DNA of 64,000 nt from the IMG/VR virus record IMGVR_UViG_3300013006_000020, positions 57,998 through 121,997 of that record, one strand, 5' to 3'. Positions 59,676 to 64,000 of this stretch are shown piece after piece (position 1 is the first letter of the stretch; the number at the start of each line of letters is the position of its first letter). This stretch comes from a virus. Below the pieces are notes generated by a model that searched no databases, had not been told where the DNA came from, and was given only the letters and a program-made list of their open reading frames with translations. Position numbers and translations under genes: made by a program.

Positions 59676-60056
59676 GTGTTAGACTGTTACTTACTGAGCA
59701 CGAAAAAATCATCACCGCCGATTTCCTTGATCTTCTTAATCAAGTTGTCAGCCATGATAGAAGCCGCCATGCGCATGATGTCTTCTTCAGACAGACCGAT
59801 CTTCTGAGTCAGGCTATGGACAGTTTCCAGCTCTGCTTCACTCAGCATATCAGGTTCTGCAATTGACATCACGGTTCGCACAATGATGCGACCAAGCAAC
59901 TTCTCTGAACTATTCAGAGTCTGCATATTGGTCAGATCTTGTGCGGTTGCGATCAGGGCGGACACTTCTGAGTCTTCTTTCTTCATTGCATTTCTCCCTG
60001 GAGAGCCAGGGGTGAGGCGCTTCGGCCCCACCCCCAGGACTCCGATATGAGTTCTC

Positions 60057-60485
60057 TTACGACGCCATTCCTGCCTTGCGGAGGGCAGCGCTGTTGTTCT
60101 CCGTTGCCGTCTTCTTCGAGGCGGCGGCGAACATTTCCGTCTTCACATCAGCGATGTGGATGCCGCCCGGACCCGTGGTGCCATCCGGGATCTGCGACAG
60201 TTCCAACGCTGCCTGAGCCTCCTGCTCCACGAGGGCCACGATCTGCGCCTTCAGCGCCTCGTAGCCTGCCTTGATCGCCGTCATGCGATCCTCAGCGCTC
60301 ATGGTGCGGGTGTTCAGAACCTGACCCACGACGCGGCGCACCTGGGACACGGCGGACGATGCCGTGCCAGCCTTGCGGAACTCGACCACGATCTCGGCCA
60401 CGCGGGTAGCCTCCTTCTTGGTCGCGTTGCGAGCGACGTTAGCGGGCGAGGTGGTGACGGACGAAGTAACGGTGGAGTTGGTCAT
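60057..60485 (-). CDS. Ala/Thr-rich early protein, paralogue of 58458..58871
   Basis: Shared motifs with 58458..58871; followed by GC-rich hairpin at about 60008..60034. Confidence 0.7.
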   Translation of the reverse strand: MTNSTVTSSVTTSPANVARNATKKEATRVAEIVVEFRKAGTASSAVSQVRRVVGQVLNTRTMSAEDRMTAIKAGYEALKAQIVALVEQEAQAALELSQIPDGTTGPGGIHIADVKTEMFAAASKKTATENNSAALRKAGMAS

Positions 60486-60833
60486 AACCAACCCTTTCTG
60501 TGTGACTGAGTCACACAAAGCGTATTAGTCCCTCAACCTGAGACATTTCAGGAATGTAGGGTTACTGCAGGCGCCCCTGCAGAATTGTCTGTGAGAGGTT
60601 TCCCCCGCACAGACTGTGTTTATACGTTCAGCTTCAGATCTCCGCTGATGAGAGCGTCGATGAGCTGCCTGTGTCCCTGTGCAGCAATTTGGAATCCTTC
60701 CTCACGATCCTTTCGGACCTTCGTGACCTCTTCCTTGAGACGAGCGTTCTCTTCCTTGAGCCGCTGATTCTCAAGCATCATGTCCTGAATCTTTCCACAC
60801 AGTTCGAAAAAGTTGATCATATCTGGGTCCATG

Positions 60834-61316
60834 TCATTCTCCGATCTTCTCCCACCGACTGCGCATACGTTCAATGGCTTCGGTGGGAACGCCATGAACA
60901 TTTCCAAAGTTGTTGTGCATCTCAACAATGCACACTTCCCAGTCCGCTGAGAACTCTTCGCTCTTCGCCAGGTCGATGTACGGCTGCATCTCCCAGAGTT
61001 GAGTGAATGTGTTGGAGACAGCGACTGGAGTTGGGTCACCAATTCCACAAGTACTCACTGGCTTACCATAGGGATCCCACGGAACATTGTCCGTAAAGAT
61101 CTCATAGCGACTACGCATGGCTTTCTTCACACCTTCCAAGCACCACGCATGAGCATCGCGCAACTTGGTTTGATCGAACTTGTACTCACCAGTCTTGGGG
61201 TCGGTGAAGTACATGTCAGCCTCAAAGTAGTTGCCGTAACCCACGAGATGATGTGCAAGTGTGGACTTTCCAGATCCCGGCAACCCACGGATGATGTACA
61301 GGGTGCATGACTTCAT
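60834..61316 (-). CDS. AAA_33/N4BP2-like P-loop kinase
   Basis: RGLPGSGKST, EAD.YF, AH.WC, VSNTFT, HGVP. Confidence 0.85.
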   Translation of the reverse strand: MKSCTLYIIRGLPGSGKSTLAHHLVGYGNYFEADMYFTDPKTGEYKFDQTKLRDAHAWCLEGVKKAMRSRYEIFTDNVPWDPYGKPVSTCGIGDPTPVAVSNTFTQLWEMQPYIDLAKSEEFSADWEVCIVEMHNNFGNVHGVPTEAIERMRSRWEKIGE

Positions 61317-62241
61317 TCGAAGTTCCTTTCTGATGCACGATTCTTGCTGTTCCTCGACAAACGCCGCTGCAGATCCTCAGACAGATCCGCAATGTTTGCT
61401 AGCGTGGAACGCACCTCGTCGCGCTCCTTGACGATGCTCTCCATCACGAACTCGGAGTGGCGCTGCACACGCTCTAGCGAAGTGACTTTGCCCTCAAGAT
61501 CAGTCACTGACCGGGAAAGCTCTAGCTCCCGCATCACCATCTTGTTGTTCTCCTCCACGAGTTCACTGATCAGCGATCTCAGGTCGCTCAGAATCAGGTA
61601 CTCACCGAACGCACCCCGAACCATGGCCACCCCAGGACCGTGATCATTGCAAGCCCTGGCCTGAATGTTGCTGATGGACCCGTAGGCCTTGTCAACCCGC
61701 TCACTCAACTGCTTGTTCATACCAAACCTTCCTTTCTAGAAAGATCTATTAGCACCATGCCAATAGAAAAAGTCCGTACCCGATTTCTCAGATACGGACC
61801 GAATGCTAGAGACGGCGAACCGTCACAGGGCCGAAGCCTCTTCGCTGTGGGACTGAAGCACGTCCACTCTCGTATACACGATGTGGCACGCCTCGATGAA
61901 TGAAATGTTCCGGCGCTTCATCAGGCTACGAACAACCTGATGGATCAGTACGTCGATGTCTGCCATGGATCACTCTTCCTTGCCTTCGTAGGCCTTCTTG
62001 ACCTGACGACCCCAGAAGAACATGTCATACGCAAGATCCTTGGTATGAATCATGATGACCAGGGAGAACGAAAACAGCAGCCACTTGTTGATGTCATCCC
62101 CATATGGGAGATCAATGAAGAGCTGGGCGGCTCCCCAAATTGCCGCTATGGCAACAATCATCAGGAGAGCGAACTGGAAGATCGAACGGAAGAAACGCTT
62201 AACCATAACAGATCCTTTGCCATTGGCAAAAGGGTAAGAAA

Positions 62242-62296
62242 CCTGTGGCGTACATACCACAGGGAAAACTCTCCATAGCCGTTAAGCCATGGAGAG
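62242..62296 (-). repeat. Two-hairpin intergenic element, copy 1
   Basis: CTCTCCATGGC-TTAACG-GCTATGGAGAG TTTTC CCTGTGG-TATGTACG-CCACAGG. Confidence 0.6.
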
Positions 62297-62666
62297 CAGA
62301 GGGGGTGTAAGTATCAGCGCTCCATGAAGTTGAGCAGCATGGAGATGGCGTCCTCAGCAGCGCCAAAGCAGAGGTCGATGGCCCTGGGCTGATCGCCGTC
62401 CGTGGGGTCCATGCTACCGAAGTAGCACTCCTTCAAGCTGTCCCACAGGTCCACCACCTTGTCCAGGTTGACGTGGCTCCCGCCCAACTCCTCCGACAAC
62501 TCCACGATCAACTCCTTCATCTGTGGCTTCCTGATCGCCGTGTCGTCGCTGCTCTCCATGTGGCAGGCCAGGGTGGACAACGACTGCATGACGGCGTTGC
62601 AGCACAGGAAGTGAACCGGGGTCTTCTTCTGACGCATAGTAACTCTCCTATTCTGGAGTGTGAACA

Positions 62667-62721
62667 CTAGTGGCATACTTACCACTAGAAAATCCTCTCA
62701 CAGCAATCAAGCCATGAGAGG
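62667..62721 (-). repeat. Two-hairpin intergenic element, copy 2
   Basis: CCTCTCATGGC-TTGATT-GCTGTGAGAGG ATTTT CTAGTGG-TAAGTATG-CCACTAG. Confidence 0.6.
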
Positions 62722-62727
62722 TATGGT

Positions 62728-63246
62728 TTAGGCATTGCAGATGCGGTGGTTCTGCAAGAAGTGGAACAGGGCTGCAGTCACGTGAACATCACGCATGCAG
62801 TAGTCCTCCATCTCCTGCGACCACTGCGACCAGTCAGTGGACTTGCCAAAGTCCCCCTTCTCCATCCCAAGGCGCAGTCCCCACGCCTCAAGACTGTGTC
62901 GCCCCCACAATTCCCGAGGGAGTTTGTACTCGTTGTACCCATTGGGGAATGCGGACTTTGCGAGACGCCGTGCATCCTGCAGCACCACCCAGGACGGCAT
63001 CACGATGCGGTTGTTCGCGCACATCACACGGCGGTCGAACTCCACATTGAATCCGATGATCTCCTGTGAGTTCAGCGCGATGAAGTTGATGCCATGGCGG
63101 ACATCCTTCCCACGCCACCGGTACTCCTTGCCCTCGTCAATGTCCATGGCACACACACAGTGGACAGTCTTGAGGGAGGACGTGTCCCCCGCATTCCACG
63201 CCACGAAGTCGATGGCGTTCGTTTCGCAGTCAACGACGAGTCTCAT
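62728..63246 (-). CDS. Stand-alone DEDDy 3'-5' exonuclease (T7 polymerase exo-like)
   Basis: VDCET (ExoI), GFNVEFD (ExoII), HSLEAWG.RLG..KG, YCMRDV (ExoIII). Confidence 0.85.
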   Translation of the reverse strand: MRLVVDCETNAIDFVAWNAGDTSSLKTVHCVCAMDIDEGKEYRWRGKDVRHGINFIALNSQEIIGFNVEFDRRVMCANNRIVMPSWVVLQDARRLAKSAFPNGYNEYKLPRELWGRHSLEAWGLRLGMEKGDFGKSTDWSQWSQEMEDYCMRDVHVTAALFHFLQNHRICNA

Positions 63247-64000
63247 AGCAAACCTCCTCTTGCGGCAACTGCCGCCTTGAAGTCATGCACCACGCGAGCC
63301 TTCTCACGCAGTGCTGCCGCCTCCACTCTACGAGAGGGAGCCGGACGCCACTGAAGGGCAGCATCACGCTGCTCCACATGGCGATTGCGAGCCTTGGTGG
63401 ACGGTGACAGTCTGCCACGCAACTTAACGGCAGGCTCTTCCACCACCACCGTGTGTCCCAGGGCCATGGCACGACGCTCTTTGCCCACTGCAGGGATACG
63501 GTTACCACCCTGCTGGTCCACGATGAACCCCTTGGCTCCCGAGCGCTGCACAGTTCCCCCTGGCGTCTTGGGGTCTGGGAACCTCATCATCGTCAGGCCA
63601 CCACTGAACTCATTCGTTCTGTAGTGACCACTGAAGCGCCATTTGGTGATCGTCATTGGTTGTCCTCCTTTCAGGACTTTAGGACTGCATGCTGTTGAAT
63701 TCGTTGGGGTCGTAAGCCACGCCCTCAGCCCCGTGACCACAGTCATCACAGGTGCGCACCGTCCCCACTTGCTTAGTGTCTCCACCACACACACGGCACG
63801 TGATGGTCGCCTTGGCCCTCAGTCGCACAGACGATGGCATCGGCACACCAGACAGGCTCTCCTTCTTCGGCTCCTCTCCCGTGAACGGCTCCACCCTCAC
63901 ACAGGACGGCATGTTCTCGAGCATGGTCAGCAACTTCGTCAGCCCGCCCGTGGTCAGGAACTCCGGCACCTCATCCGCCGAAGGCTGCACGTACGTCAGA

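Noticed and set aside
1-64000. Stop-codon reassignment (alternative genetic code)
   Set aside because: Conserved genes are full length under code 11; TAA, TGA and TAG all end genes (dut ends in TAG); no suppressor tRNA seen.
1-64000. CRISPR array
   Set aside because: No regularly spaced direct repeats with unique spacers seen.

Overview
A 64-kb segment of a large dsDNA tailed phage genome using the standard genetic code, with no CRISPR array and no integrase seen. From left to right it carries: (1) the end of a repetitive tail-fibre gene, an LRR-like gene, a sulfotransferase and small putative virion genes; (2) a minus-strand replication/recombination block (C-terminally truncated DnaE, RecB/Cas4-like nuclease, dNMP kinase, DnaG, DnaB, RecA) followed by dut and class II RNR; (3) glycosyl- and methyltransferases flanking a plus-strand array of Cys-rich paralogues; (4) ThyX, phosphoesterases, a sigma factor, four tRNAs, a TrmH-like SPOUT, UvsE, a deaminase-like gene, a C5-MTase-like gene and rIIA/rIIB; (5) a run of small early-type genes whose GC content rises sharply towards the right end. 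The main unexplained signals are: a shared N-terminal leader linking four disulfide-rich paralogues and two hydrophobic-hairpin paralogues, all downstream of a recurrent GTGTAT(A/T-rich) promoter-like motif (candidate virion-packaged cargo system); a GC/codon gradient bracketing tRNAs for AT-rich codons, two of them non-canonical; several structured intergenic RNAs (a kissing-loop leader, a covarying two-hairpin repeat, a promoter-to-terminator small RNA); a split DnaE; and an apparently catalytically dead DeoC. A Planctomycetota host is inferred, not shown. All family calls come from motif recognition by eye, with no database search.
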